From sequence record PZ019085.1: DNA of 64,000 bases. The stretch is one strand, 5' to 3'. Positions 9,031 through 17,757 of this stretch are shown here, in pieces. Source of the DNA: a phage. The translations under genes were made by a program, and so were the position numbers. The number at the start of each line of letters is the position of its first letter. Position 1 is the stretch's first letter. A model generated the notes under the pieces. The model had not been told where the DNA came from. It searched no databases and saw only the letters and a list, made by a program, of their open reading frames with translations.

Positions 9031-9747
9031 ATGGGAAAACATAACACAATGAAATATATCAAAGCCGCAGATTTTCAAACCGCATTTAAAGCAGTCAATC
9101 GTGAAATTTTAGAAAACCCGGAATTCGTAACTGATTCTCGTATTGGACGTTGTAATGAAATTGGGTCTATGACAGTAGTTGTTGACACTCCATCGTCATT
9201 CAAAATGACCGACCCACGTATTAACCGCATCTCTTATGAATATGCCGAAGACTTCTGGAAGTTTATGATTTCTGGTGGTACTGATGCAGAAGAAGCGTTT
9301 AAGGCATATCCTAATGTCGCTAAATTTATTTCTAAACCAAAATCGGATGCTTTGCCTGCAAACTTCAACACTTTCTATGGTCCTCGCATTGCGGCCCAAT
9401 TACCAACTCTTCTAAAAGAACTTAAAGAGAAACCTAACTCTCGAAGAGTTGTGTTCCAAATTCTAGAAAGTTCAGATCAGGCTTTGCTTGATTCGGACGA
9501 AACACTTGAATATCCATGTACTGACTCAGTGACTTATTATATTCGTGATGGTAAGCTTTATACCCACTGTCATATGCGTTCTCAGAACTGTGCTGTTGTT
9601 ATGCAGTTGGATTTTTATCTCCAAGGAAAATTACTTCATTATATCGCTAACGAATGCGGTGTAGAAGTAGGTGATTATACTCATACCATGGTAAGTGCCC
9701 ATGTGTTTGAACGTGATTTTGATTATGTTAAAGGATTCCTTGACTAA
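9031..9747 (+). CDS. 42: dCMP hydroxymethylase gp42 (thymidylate-synthase fold)
   Basis: 238 aa; NSRRVVFQIL and CTDSVTYYIRDGKLYTHCHMRSQN align with T4 gp42 DSRRGIMIYT and CTNTVQYLIRDKKINAVVNMRSND from memory. Confidence 0.85.
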   Translation: MGKHNTMKYIKAADFQTAFKAVNREILENPEFVTDSRIGRCNEIGSMTVVVDTPSSFKMTDPRINRISYEYAEDFWKFMISGGTDAEEAFKAYPNVAKFISKPKSDALPANFNTFYGPRIAAQLPTLLKELKEKPNSRRVVFQILESSDQALLDSDETLEYPCTDSVTYYIRDGKLYTHCHMRSQNCAVVMQLDFYLQGKLLHYIANECGVEVGDYTHTMVSAHVFERDFDYVKGFLD

Positions 9748-10646
9748 TGGCTATTTTCCGCGTACCTATCTTGAGTATGCGGTCTTATGAAACTGGTCAG
9801 TATGCTATCCTTAAGGATGGCAACTTCCAACTTCATTTGCACCGTGCTAATCCAGGCGATGTGATTACATATCCACGTAATGCATCTGATATTAAAGAAT
9901 GTGAACGTCTTTTCCCGGAATTTAAGTTTGTTCCATTATGGTATAAAGATAACGCGTATAACACTCGTAAATATTTCTGGTCTGAAAATGAATTTGTGGT
10001 TGATTCATTAATTGCTTATTATGATTGTGATTTTCTAATCACAGATATCACTGGATATGATGGCGCTTTTGACGTAGAATTCAATTTCAATATCACTGCA
10101 GACCCTAATAAACCACGTTTTTATATTGATGAATTCTTAAAAACCGACATGTTGTCTGTTAATCGTTCACTTCAAACTACTGTGTTGAATGAACGTCAAA
10201 AAGAAGTGCTGGTTAACGCAGGTGCAGATGGTAATAAGATTATCGTAACGCAGAAAGTTATACGTCCTTCCGTCATGCAGCGTCTTGTAGGTGATTTGGC
10301 TCCTATTCATCTAGATGGTATTTTTCATCCATTTCGAATTAGTGACCCATGCTATCGTTTTGAACAAGTTGTTGAATGCGCAATTCAATTAGGTCAACCG
10401 CTTTATATAACTGATCCAAATAATAGTTTCGACAGAAATAAGTATCCTGAAGAAGCGCTGATTCGAATTTTTAATCCAACTAAAACTGAGTACTATCAAA
10501 TTCTTAAAGGACGTCCGAAGATTCAATATTTCGAAAATCCTGAAGAAGTATTCCATCCAGGTCTTGGTGAGTTCATCTACTTTAATGCTTTAATTTCTTC
10601 ACCGTATAATATACCTAAATACGAAGATGTCGTAATCGAGGAATAA
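9747..10646 (+). CDS. Hypothetical protein occupying the T4 beta-glucosyltransferase slot (no recognisable beta-gt similarity)
   Basis: 299 aa; sits between 42 and uvsX where T4 has beta-gt; sequence does not resemble T4 beta-gt as I recall it. Confidence 0.5.
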   Translation: MAIFRVPILSMRSYETGQYAILKDGNFQLHLHRANPGDVITYPRNASDIKECERLFPEFKFVPLWYKDNAYNTRKYFWSENEFVVDSLIAYYDCDFLITDITGYDGAFDVEFNFNITADPNKPRFYIDEFLKTDMLSVNRSLQTTVLNERQKEVLVNAGADGNKIIVTQKVIRPSVMQRLVGDLAPIHLDGIFHPFRISDPCYRFEQVVECAIQLGQPLYITDPNNSFDRNKYPEEALIRIFNPTKTEYYQILKGRPKIQYFENPEEVFHPGLGEFIYFNALISSPYNIPKYEDVVIEE

Positions 10647-10647
10647 A

Positions 10648-11196
10648 ATGGCTAAAATTATTTTAGTAGACGGCCCGGATAATGCTGGTAAAACAACTTT
10701 CATTAATGACATAATGGAAATTAGTGAAAGATATGTAAAGATTGATTTCCCTAAACGAACAGTTGATGGACGTTTCGATGTTAAGTCTCGAAATGAAGTT
10801 GGCTGTTTCGAAACGATGTTGAATTATTTAGACCCTACTAAGATTTATCTGTTAGACCGTGGATATATTAGTAACTGGGTTTATGGACGTATTCGACAAG
10901 ATGTGGACTCGGTTCTTGACGTTTATGAACAGGATTATGTTCGTCTTTGCCAAAACCATGATGTGTTCACAATTATTTTAACACGTAACGAAATGACTGA
11001 AAGTTTTGAAGACGACCTTATTACTTTGTCTTCATTCGGTTTTAATACAGTCATTTCATATTTTGAAGAGTTTGCAATTCATAACAAAATCCAAACGTAT
11101 CAATTACTTAATCATGATGGTGCTAACAAAGTTATAGGATTTAATGCAAGCGAACGTAATTATTTGATTACAGAAATCATTAAATGGGCTCGTTAA
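10648..11196 (+). CDS. P-loop nucleoside/nucleotide kinase-like protein
   Basis: 182 aa; Walker A GPDNAGKTT at the N-terminus and an LDRG motif reminiscent of dNK/TMPK-type kinases. Confidence 0.5.
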   Translation: MAKIILVDGPDNAGKTTFINDIMEISERYVKIDFPKRTVDGRFDVKSRNEVGCFETMLNYLDPTKIYLLDRGYISNWVYGRIRQDVDSVLDVYEQDYVRLCQNHDVFTIILTRNEMTESFEDDLITLSSFGFNTVISYFEEFAIHNKIQTYQLLNHDGANKVIGFNASERNYLITEIIKWAR

Positions 11197-11214
11197 GAGC
11201 CATTTAAAGTTTTA

Positions 11215-11241
11215 AATGCTGTATAACCCTTAGTATATAAT
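11215..11241 (+). promoter_or_regulatory. MotA-box middle promoter upstream of uvsX (TGCTGTA, 12 bp, TATAAT)
   Basis: MotA-like box at 11217-11223 and -10 TATAAT at 11236-11241. Confidence 0.4.
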
Positions 11242-11294
11242 CATCTTATCCTTTAAACATGAGTAAAATATAATGATGCCTATGGAAAAATACA

Positions 11295-12467
11295 ATGTCT
11301 GATTTAAAATCTCGTCTGATTAAAGCTTCTACTTCTAAAATGACTGCAGACTTGACTAAGTCTAAGCTGTTTAATAATCGTGATGAAGTCCCTACTCGTA
11401 TTCCGATGTTGAATATTGCATTAGGTGGTGCACTGAATGCAGGGTTGCAATCAGGCTTAACTATTTTTGCTGCTCCTTCTAAACACTTTAAAACGTTGTT
11501 TGGACTAACTATGGTTGCAGCATATATGAAGAAATATAAAGATGCAATTTGTTTGTTCTATGATTCAGAATTTGGTGCTTCAGAATCTTATTTTCGTTCA
11601 ATGGGTGTTGATTTAGACCGTGTAGTTCATACTCCGATTCAATCTGTCGAACAACTTAAAGTTGATATGACTAATCAGCTTGACGCGATTGAACGCGGTG
11701 ATAAAGTTATTATCTTTATCGATTCAATCGGTAATACTGCATCTAAGAAAGAAACCGAAGATGCGTTGAACGAGAAAGTTGTAGGTGATATGTCTCGTGC
11801 TAAGGCACTTAAATCTCTTTTCCGTATTGTGACCCCGTATCTGACTATTAAAGATATCCCGTGTGTTGCAATCAACCATACAGCAATGGAAATCGGCGGA
11901 CTATATCCTAAAGAGATTATGGGTGGTGGTACAGGTATTCTTTACTCTGCTAACACCGTATTCTTTATCTCTAAACGTCAGGTTAAAGAAGGTACAGAAT
12001 TAACCGGTTATGACTTCACGTTGAAAGCAGAAAAATCTCGTACAGTTAAAGAGAAATCTACTTTCCCGATCACGGTTAATTTTGATGGCGGTATTGACCC
12101 ATTCAGTGGCTTGTTAGAAATGGCAACTGAAATCGGTTTTGTGGTTAAGCCTAAAGCTGGTTGGTATGCTCGTGAATTCCTTGACGAAGAAACAGGTGAA
12201 ATGATTCGTGAAGAAAAATCATGGCGTGCTAAAGCTACTGATTGTGTAGAATTCTGGGGACCATTGTTTAAACACAAACCTTTCCGAGATGCAATTGAAA
12301 CTAAATATAAACTAGGTGCTATCTCTTCTATTAAAGAAGTTGATGACGCTGTTAATGACCTTATTAATTGCAAAGCAACAACTAAAGTTCCGGTTAAAAC
12401 TTCTGATGCTCCATCCGCAGCAGATATAGAAAACGACCTTGACGAAATGGAAGATTTCGATGAATAA
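11295..12467 (+). CDS. uvsX: Recombinase UvsX (RecA/Rad51 family)
   Basis: 390 aa; colinear with T4 UvsX (MSDLKSRLIKASTSK..., acidic C-terminus). Confidence 0.95.
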   Translation: MSDLKSRLIKASTSKMTADLTKSKLFNNRDEVPTRIPMLNIALGGALNAGLQSGLTIFAAPSKHFKTLFGLTMVAAYMKKYKDAICLFYDSEFGASESYFRSMGVDLDRVVHTPIQSVEQLKVDMTNQLDAIERGDKVIIFIDSIGNTASKKETEDALNEKVVGDMSRAKALKSLFRIVTPYLTIKDIPCVAINHTAMEIGGLYPKEIMGGGTGILYSANTVFFISKRQVKEGTELTGYDFTLKAEKSRTVKEKSTFPITVNFDGGIDPFSGLLEMATEIGFVVKPKAGWYAREFLDEETGEMIREEKSWRAKATDCVEFWGPLFKHKPFRDAIETKYKLGAISSIKEVDDAVNDLINCKATTKVPVKTSDAPSAADIENDLDEMEDFDE

Positions 12468-12801
12468 TCTCGATGATTTAAATCTAGAAATCGTTGATGA
12501 ATCCCCTTCTTCGGAAGGGGAAGACATTCGCAAAGAACGAGTGTTTAATGAATCTCTTAAAATTATCCGTTCAGCAATGGAAAATGTCATTCAAGAGATT
12601 CTGATTACGCTTGAAGATGGTTCTCATCATATAGTCTATATTACAAAACTAGACTGGGTTGATGGTAAAATCGTAATGGACTTTGCAGTTCTTGACCAGG
12701 ACAGAAAAGCAGAACTTGCACCACATGTTGAAAAATGTGTTACAATGCAAGTACAACAAGCTTTTAATGAACGGACCAAGAAAAAATTTAAATTCTTTTA
12801 A
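12460..12801 (+). CDS. 40: gp40 (head vertex assembly chaperone)
   Basis: Position between uvsX and 41; first ATG at 12460 (track ORF uses an upstream TTG at 12439). Confidence 0.6.
   Translation: MNNLDDLNLEIVDESPSSEGEDIRKERVFNESLKIIRSAMENVIQEILITLEDGSHHIVYITKLDWVDGKIVMDFAVLDQDRKAELAPHVEKCVTMQVQQAFNERTKKKFKFF
12503..12520 (+). other. Stable intragenic hairpin CCCCTTC-UUCG-GAAGGGG inside the 5' end of gene 40
   Basis: Perfect 7-bp GC-rich stem with UUCG tetraloop, about 40 nt after the uvsX stop; no U-tract. Confidence 0.4.
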
Positions 12802-12810
12802 GGAGTTATC

Positions 12811-14253
12811 GTGGTAGAAATTATTTTGTCTCATCTCGTATATGACCAGGCTTATTTTTCTAAGGTCTGGCCTTATATGGATTCTGAGTATTTTGAGCGT
12901 GGACCGGCAAAAAATGTCTTTAAAATTATAAAGAGCCACGTTAACGAATATAATGCAATGCCATCTATCAATGCGTTAAAGGTGGCTTTAGATAACAGTT
13001 CTTTAACTGAAGCCGAATATAAAGGAACTTCAGACCTAATTGAAAAATTGGCTGATACTCCTGAAGACCACGAATGGTTGGTTAAAGAAACTGAGAAATA
13101 TGTCCAGCAAAAAGCGATGTATAATGCTACATCCAAAATCATTGAGATTCAGTCTAATGCTGAACTACCTCCAGAACAACGTAACAAGAAAATGCCTGAC
13201 GTAGGAGCTATTCCTGATATTATGCGTCAAGCACTTTCAATTTCGTTTGATAGTTATGTCGGACATGACTGGATGGAAGACTACGAAGCACGCTGGCTTT
13301 CTTATCTGAACAAAGCACGTAAGGTCCCGTTCAAATTAAACATTCTGAATAAAATCACTAAAGGTGGCGCTGAAACCGGTACACTGAATGTTTTAATGGC
13401 CGGTGTTAACGTTGGTAAATCTTTAGGCCTTTGTTCACTTGCTGCAGATTATCTTCAAACAGGTCATAATGTTCTTTATATTTCCATGGAAATGGCTGAA
13501 GAAGTTTGTGCTAAGCGTATAGATGCAAACATGCTCGACGTATCACTCGATGATATCGATGATGGTAACGTATCTTATGCTGAATATAAAGCCAAGATGG
13601 AAAAATGGCGTTCAAAAACAACATTAGGACGTTTAGTAGTTAAACAGTATCCTACTGGTGGAGCTAATGCTAATACATTCCGTGCATTGCTTAATGAATT
13701 GAAACTCAAGAAGAACTTTGTGCCATCTGTAATCATGGTTGATTACTTAGGTATTTGTGGGTCTTGTCGTATCAGAGTTTACACTGAAAATAGTTACACA
13801 TTAGTTAAAGCTATCGCAGAAGAACTTCGTGCATTAGCAGTAGAATCTGAAACAGTTCTATGGACTGCAGCTCAAGTAGGACGTGCAGCATGGGATGCTT
13901 CGGATATGAACATGAGCGATATTGCAGAATCAGCAGGTTTACCAGCAACGGCAGATTTCATGTTGGCCGTAATTGAAACCGAAGAACTTGCACAAGCTGA
14001 ACAACAACTTATCAAACAAATAAAATCACGATACGGTGATAAGAATAAGTGGAATAAATTCCTGATGGGTGTACGCAAAGGCAACCAGAAATGGATTGAG
14101 ATTGAGCAAGAAGGCATGAACACATCTAACACAGTAAATGAAAATGCAGGTGCTCAGATGCGTCAGGCAGAGGTGAATCGTACGGAACGCGTAGGTAAAG
14201 CCAAAACAACACGTGCTGACCTAGATAGCTTAGCCAATGAGTTAAAATTTTAA
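12811..14253 (+). CDS. 41: Replicative DNA helicase gp41 (DnaB-like)
   Basis: 480 aa; Walker A GVNVGKS; colinear with T4 gp41; GTG start preceded by AAGGAG. Confidence 0.95.
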   Translation: MVEIILSHLVYDQAYFSKVWPYMDSEYFERGPAKNVFKIIKSHVNEYNAMPSINALKVALDNSSLTEAEYKGTSDLIEKLADTPEDHEWLVKETEKYVQQKAMYNATSKIIEIQSNAELPPEQRNKKMPDVGAIPDIMRQALSISFDSYVGHDWMEDYEARWLSYLNKARKVPFKLNILNKITKGGAETGTLNVLMAGVNVGKSLGLCSLAADYLQTGHNVLYISMEMAEEVCAKRIDANMLDVSLDDIDDGNVSYAEYKAKMEKWRSKTTLGRLVVKQYPTGGANANTFRALLNELKLKKNFVPSVIMVDYLGICGSCRIRVYTENSYTLVKAIAEELRALAVESETVLWTAAQVGRAAWDASDMNMSDIAESAGLPATADFMLAVIETEELAQAEQQLIKQIKSRYGDKNKWNKFLMGVRKGNQKWIEIEQEGMNTSNTVNENAGAQMRQAEVNRTERVGKAKTTRADLDSLANELKF

Positions 14254-14260
14254 TAAAAAA

Positions 14261-14282
14261 GGAGCCTTCGGGCTCCTTTCGG
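14261..14282 (+). terminator. Intrinsic terminator (GGAGCC-UUCG-GGCUCC plus U-rich tail) after gene 41
   Basis: GC stem with UUCG tetraloop followed by TTTC. Confidence 0.6.
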
Positions 14283-14283
14283 G

Positions 14284-14313
14284 GTTTACATCTTCCTCTA
14301 GGCATGATATGAT
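14284..14313 (+). promoter_or_regulatory. Early sigma70-type promoter (GTTTAC, 18 bp, TATGAT)
   Basis: -35 GTTTAC at 14284-14289, -10 at 14308-14313; spacer TTCCTCT is complementary to the downstream SD AGAGGAA. Confidence 0.5.
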
Positions 14314-14342
14314 GTACTTACACCAACCAAGAGGAAAACACT

Positions 14343-14717
14343 ATGAATATGTCTCAAGCAATTTTTACTGCAATCACCGAAAACACAACTGTTGAAGTAG
14401 TTTCTCCGCTGGCAACCTACGTTATTCTTGCTCCTAAAACTATTGTATCTCGTATGGAAAACACGGGCAAACGTATTGTACAAATTGTTGGAGCTGGAAA
14501 TCAAAAACTTGATTATCTGCGAACTATCAAAGCTTACGAACATTTCCAAATCGAAAAAGGTTCTCCTATCCAGGTAGAACTCGTAAATGGTGATATCGTT
14601 CGAGCAATGTTCCATCATTTCTATGCATTGAATGACCAATCTAAAGCGGTTCGTTTAATTGCATACGACGCAAACCAAAACGAAATCAACGCAGACGTAT
14701 CTAAATTACGTTTTTAA
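14343..14717 (+). CDS. Hypothetical protein (124 aa)
   Basis: ORF with upstream SD AGAGGAA and its own promoter. Confidence 0.6.
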   Translation: MNMSQAIFTAITENTTVEVVSPLATYVILAPKTIVSRMENTGKRIVQIVGAGNQKLDYLRTIKAYEHFQIEKGSPIQVELVNGDIVRAMFHHFYALNDQSKAVRLIAYDANQNEINADVSKLRF

Positions 14718-14768
14718 GTTTACTTCTCCAGTAGTTGTGTTATTATAGACCTATCAACTACTGGAGAA
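14718..14768 (+). promoter_or_regulatory. Early promoter (GTTTAC, 17 bp, TATTAT) embedded in a 14-bp perfect inverted repeat that includes the SD
   Basis: Left arm TTCTCCAGTAGTTG 14724-14737, right arm CAACTACTGGAGAA 14755-14768; the -10 lies in the loop. Confidence 0.6.
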
Positions 14769-14772
14769 CAAA

Positions 14773-15090
14773 ATGAAAACCATCGATTGTAAAGCAGAAT
14801 TTAAGATTTTTTATCACGGTTCAAGTAGTTCAGCTAACATCGAAAACATGCTTTGTCCTCCTGAAGAAACAGGAGTTCTGTCTGAAACAGGACGTAAGAA
14901 AAACTTGGATCGTGTATTCTTTACTGAAGATATCGGTTTAGCAAAGATTTATGCAGGACGAGCAGCACGCTCTTATGGAGGTGAACCACGTCTCTATCGA
15001 GTAATTTCTCCGGTAGATGTAGTTCAAATGAATGATACTAAAGGCGCTACAGTTTATCACGCTGAATGGGCATTTTGCGAGGAAATATGA
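14773..15090 (+). CDS. Hypothetical protein (105 aa)
   Basis: ORF after the promoter/stem-loop cassette. Confidence 0.6.
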   Translation: MKTIDCKAEFKIFYHGSSSSANIENMLCPPEETGVLSETGRKKNLDRVFFTEDIGLAKIYAGRAARSYGGEPRLYRVISPVDVVQMNDTKGATVYHAEWAFCEEI

Positions 15091-15275
15091 GCAAATTAAC
15101 TAAAGTTACTTTTATCGGTTGGTTTAAAAGTGGTGAGATGTTCACTAAAGATATCATGTTATCAGGTGATCGCGAAGAAATCGAGTGGGTTGCGGTACAA
15201 CTTGCTGAAGTGAACAACGCATTAGTTAAAGCATTTGTTAATGACGAGAAAGTTTTCGAAGCAGATTTTCGATAA
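15087..15275 (+). CDS. Hypothetical protein (62 aa)
   Basis: ATG overlaps the upstream stop (ATGA); SD GAGGAAA. Confidence 0.45.
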   Translation: MSKLTKVTFIGWFKSGEMFTKDIMLSGDREEIEWVAVQLAEVNNALVKAFVNDEKVFEADFR

Positions 15276-15286
15276 TTTTAAAAACT

Positions 15287-15316
15287 GTTTACAAGCACTA
15301 CATACTGTGTTACTAT
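15287..15316 (+). promoter_or_regulatory. Early promoter (GTTTAC ... TACTAT)
   Basis: -35 at 15287-15292, -10 at 15311-15316. Confidence 0.5.
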
Positions 15317-15344
15317 CTTTCTATCAACTATAGAGGAAATTGAA

Positions 15345-15713
15345 ATGAAAAAATTAATCGCTTTAGCAATGGTATTTGGATTAACCGGATGTGGTGCCCA
15401 TGGCTTTATTCCTAATAATGTTGGCCAACTGATTTACAATCCGAATGTTAAACAATATGAACAACCTAAAGTTGAAGTGGAAGACCCGGTTACTGTAGGT
15501 AATCGAATGATTCAAGCTGATGCTCATGCTCAACGTTATCGTGATTCCGATACTGTAGCTATGTCAAAAGAACAGCGCGTTAAAGAACATTGCTTACAGG
15601 CTACTGAAATCGCATTCATTCGCTATGTTGAAACAACTGGTAAAGAGCCTACCCAGAAACAAATCGCGAATAACTACGTCCAGTGTATTGAACGTTTAAA
15701 CAAATTTAATTAA
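15345..15713 (+). CDS. Predicted lipoprotein (signal peptide with lipobox LTGC)
   Basis: N-terminus MKKLIALAMVFGLTGCG. Confidence 0.6.
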   Translation: MKKLIALAMVFGLTGCGAHGFIPNNVGQLIYNPNVKQYEQPKVEVEDPVTVGNRMIQADAHAQRYRDSDTVAMSKEQRVKEHCLQATEIAFIRYVETTGKEPTQKQIANNYVQCIERLNKFN

Positions 15714-15716
15714 TTG

Positions 15717-15746
15717 GTTTACACTAAAGTTAAAATAAGATACTAT
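15717..15746 (+). promoter_or_regulatory. Early promoter (GTTTAC ... TACTAT)
   Basis: -35 at 15717-15722, -10 at 15741-15746. Confidence 0.5.
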
Positions 15747-15774
15747 AAGCATAACAAATCAAGAGGAAATTAAC

Positions 15775-16023
15775 ATGGAATTATTCGTAGCTAGTTCAGT
15801 AGCAGTTTTAATCGCAGGTATTGGTTCAATCATCATTTACATGTTGCCTTGGGTAATCGCACTTATTCGTGGCACAAAAAGCACAACAGCAATCTTCTTT
15901 GTATCTTTACTCTTTAACTGGACGATGGTTGGTTGGATTGGAACTTTAATTTGGTCCATCGTTGCCGAAAAGAAATCGGCTCAGCAGCCTCAACAAGTAA
16001 TTATTATTCGCGAAAAAGAATAA
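15775..16023 (+). CDS. imm: Superinfection-immunity (Imm-like) inner-membrane protein
   Basis: 82 aa, two TM segments; NWTMVGWIGTLIWSIV resembles the Imm_superinfect family signature as I recall it. Confidence 0.5.
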   Translation: MELFVASSVAVLIAGIGSIIIYMLPWVIALIRGTKSTTAIFFVSLLFNWTMVGWIGTLIWSIVAEKKSAQQPQQVIIIREKE

Positions 16024-16027
16024 ACTT

Positions 16028-16057
16028 GTTTACATTATAGATGGACTATAGTATAGT
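16028..16057 (+). promoter_or_regulatory. Early promoter (GTTTAC ... TATAGT) with GGACTA/TAGTCC palindrome
   Basis: -35 at 16028-16033, -10 at 16052-16057. Confidence 0.5.
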
Positions 16058-16086
16058 AGTCCTATCAAATCAACTAAGGAGTTAAA

Positions 16087-16380
16087 ATGAAAAAGTTATC
16101 ATTGGCAGCAATCTTACTTGCAGTATCATGTGCACCGGCTCCAGTTACAGCAGGTTATGATAAAGACCTCTGTGAGTGGTCAATGACTGCAAATCAAGAA
16201 GATGTTGAACAACAAATCTTCTCTGATATCATGAACATCACTAAACGAGACCGTCCTAATATGGTTAATAAAGTTGTTGAACAACTTAAGTCTGGCGGTA
16301 TCATGCAGTACAACTATGTTTTGTATTGTGACCCTAATTTCGATAACAAAGATATCGTAACCGAAATCACAGGTGAATAA
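16087..16380 (+). CDS. sp: Spackle (Sp) periplasmic superinfection-exclusion protein
   Basis: 97 aa with signal peptide; AGYDKDLCEWSMTA...KRDRP...KSGGIMQYNYVLYCD matches T4 Sp from memory. Confidence 0.8.
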   Translation: MKKLSLAAILLAVSCAPAPVTAGYDKDLCEWSMTANQEDVEQQIFSDIMNITKRDRPNMVNKVVEQLKSGGIMQYNYVLYCDPNFDNKDIVTEITGE

Positions 16381-16381
16381 T

Positions 16382-17032
16382 ATGATTTATTATATGCACA
16401 AAAATGCGCCGTTTAAATATGGTAAATTTCCTAATGCACAATGTTATAATATAACGCCGAATGAAAATAATAATGGATACCATATTGGTGTAATTTTTGT
16501 AATTGTTAAAGATAATGAAATCGTTGCCTGGGCAGATTTTAAAGGTACAACGTATGATGTTAATCCTGTGCCTTTCACGTATTACAATATAATGGATTTG
16601 GCATATGATTATAATTGGTTTACTCATGACACGTTGGCTCATATTGAAGGTGTAGGATTTGACATCTCTTATTCTAGTTATTCACTATGTCCTATGAGCC
16701 GAGCTCACGGTAAAGATGTATCATATCTTTCAATTCGGAAACGTGTAAACTTCAAACGTAGCACAGAGTATGTTGGTGGACTCTTTGTTAAAGATAATAA
16801 AATAACCCGTATTAGTTATCCTTTAAGTGTAGGTCAAAAAGATGTTGATGTTGATTTAGACTTAACTGAAAGTAACATTAATCGTATTGCTTCTGTATAT
16901 TTTGATATCGATGAAAAAATTGTAGTGTGTGGATACGAATTACCACCTGAAGAAAAGGCTGAAGCAATTGAAGTCGAATTAGAAATTTCTGTCGATGACC
17001 AAATATTTAATGCATTTATGAATCGAGGTTAA
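16382..17032 (+). CDS. Hypothetical protein (216 aa), AT-rich
   Basis: ORF; first ATG after the sp stop (track ORF begins at an upstream GTG). Confidence 0.55.
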   Translation: MIYYMHKNAPFKYGKFPNAQCYNITPNENNNGYHIGVIFVIVKDNEIVAWADFKGTTYDVNPVPFTYYNIMDLAYDYNWFTHDTLAHIEGVGFDISYSSYSLCPMSRAHGKDVSYLSIRKRVNFKRSTEYVGGLFVKDNKITRISYPLSVGQKDVDVDLDLTESNINRIASVYFDIDEKIVVCGYELPPEEKAEAIEVELEISVDDQIFNAFMNRG

Positions 17033-17033
17033 A

Positions 17034-17231
17034 ATGACTACTGCAATTTGCACTGGTTCTAAAATTAGTGTTTTTACAAGTTTTGAAGATTACGAAGTTG
17101 TTTCAAAACACCAATGCCATATTAGCGTAAAAGCTAATGATGGTGTAATTTGGAATATTCCACAGTATGAAGGCACTACATATGAAGTCACGGATATAAA
17201 TGGTGACAAAGCAATCTTTGTAATTGATTAA
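17034..17231 (+). CDS. Hypothetical protein (65 aa)
   Basis: ORF tightly packed after the previous gene. Confidence 0.5.
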   Translation: MTTAICTGSKISVFTSFEDYEVVSKHQCHISVKANDGVIWNIPQYEGTTYEVTDINGDKAIFVID

Positions 17232-17250
17232 ATATACTCAGGAGGTACCT

Positions 17251-17718
17251 ATGGGTATTATTAACACTGCAATAGATTCTGTTTATGCATATAAGTTTAT
17301 TCGACTAATGCAAAAACCTTTTACCGAATGGAAAGCGTATGAAGCCAAAATCATCGATGAACGTGGAAGTGTTCTTAAACGTCCTTCTACTCCTGAAGAG
17401 AAAGCGGCTTATACACCTTTTCATGCTTCAGTTCGTTCAATGAAGCGAATGATGAGCACTGTTCCAGGTCTTAATGGAATGGCCTCAATGATGTCTGCCT
17501 GGAGTGCTGTAGCTTCACGCTATAACATTACGGAAGAACAACAGAAAGAAATATTTAAAGAACTCCCTTTATTTGAGGATATGGTTGCCGGCGATTCAGG
17601 CGGTAGTCCTCAAGCTATTGCATCAGGAACAACTACAGGTGCAGTAGTAAATAAAGGTCCAGAACAAATTCCTTCCAAGAAAAGAAAGCGAATTAAAGTA
17701 AATATTAATAAGTTGTGA
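17251..17718 (+). CDS. Hypothetical protein (155 aa) with basic C-terminus
   Basis: ATG preceded by AGGAGG; track ORF starts at an upstream TTG. Confidence 0.55.
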   Translation: MGIINTAIDSVYAYKFIRLMQKPFTEWKAYEAKIIDERGSVLKRPSTPEEKAAYTPFHASVRSMKRMMSTVPGLNGMASMMSAWSAVASRYNITEEQQKEIFKELPLFEDMVAGDSGGSPQAIASGTTTGAVVNKGPEQIPSKKRKRIKVNINKL

Positions 17719-17757
17719 TATGATGGCCTTATTAATTTAAGGCCTCTGGAGAATACT

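Noticed and set aside
11675-12373. Minus-strand ORFs inside uvsX
   Set aside because: Antisense shadow ORFs of a conserved gene.
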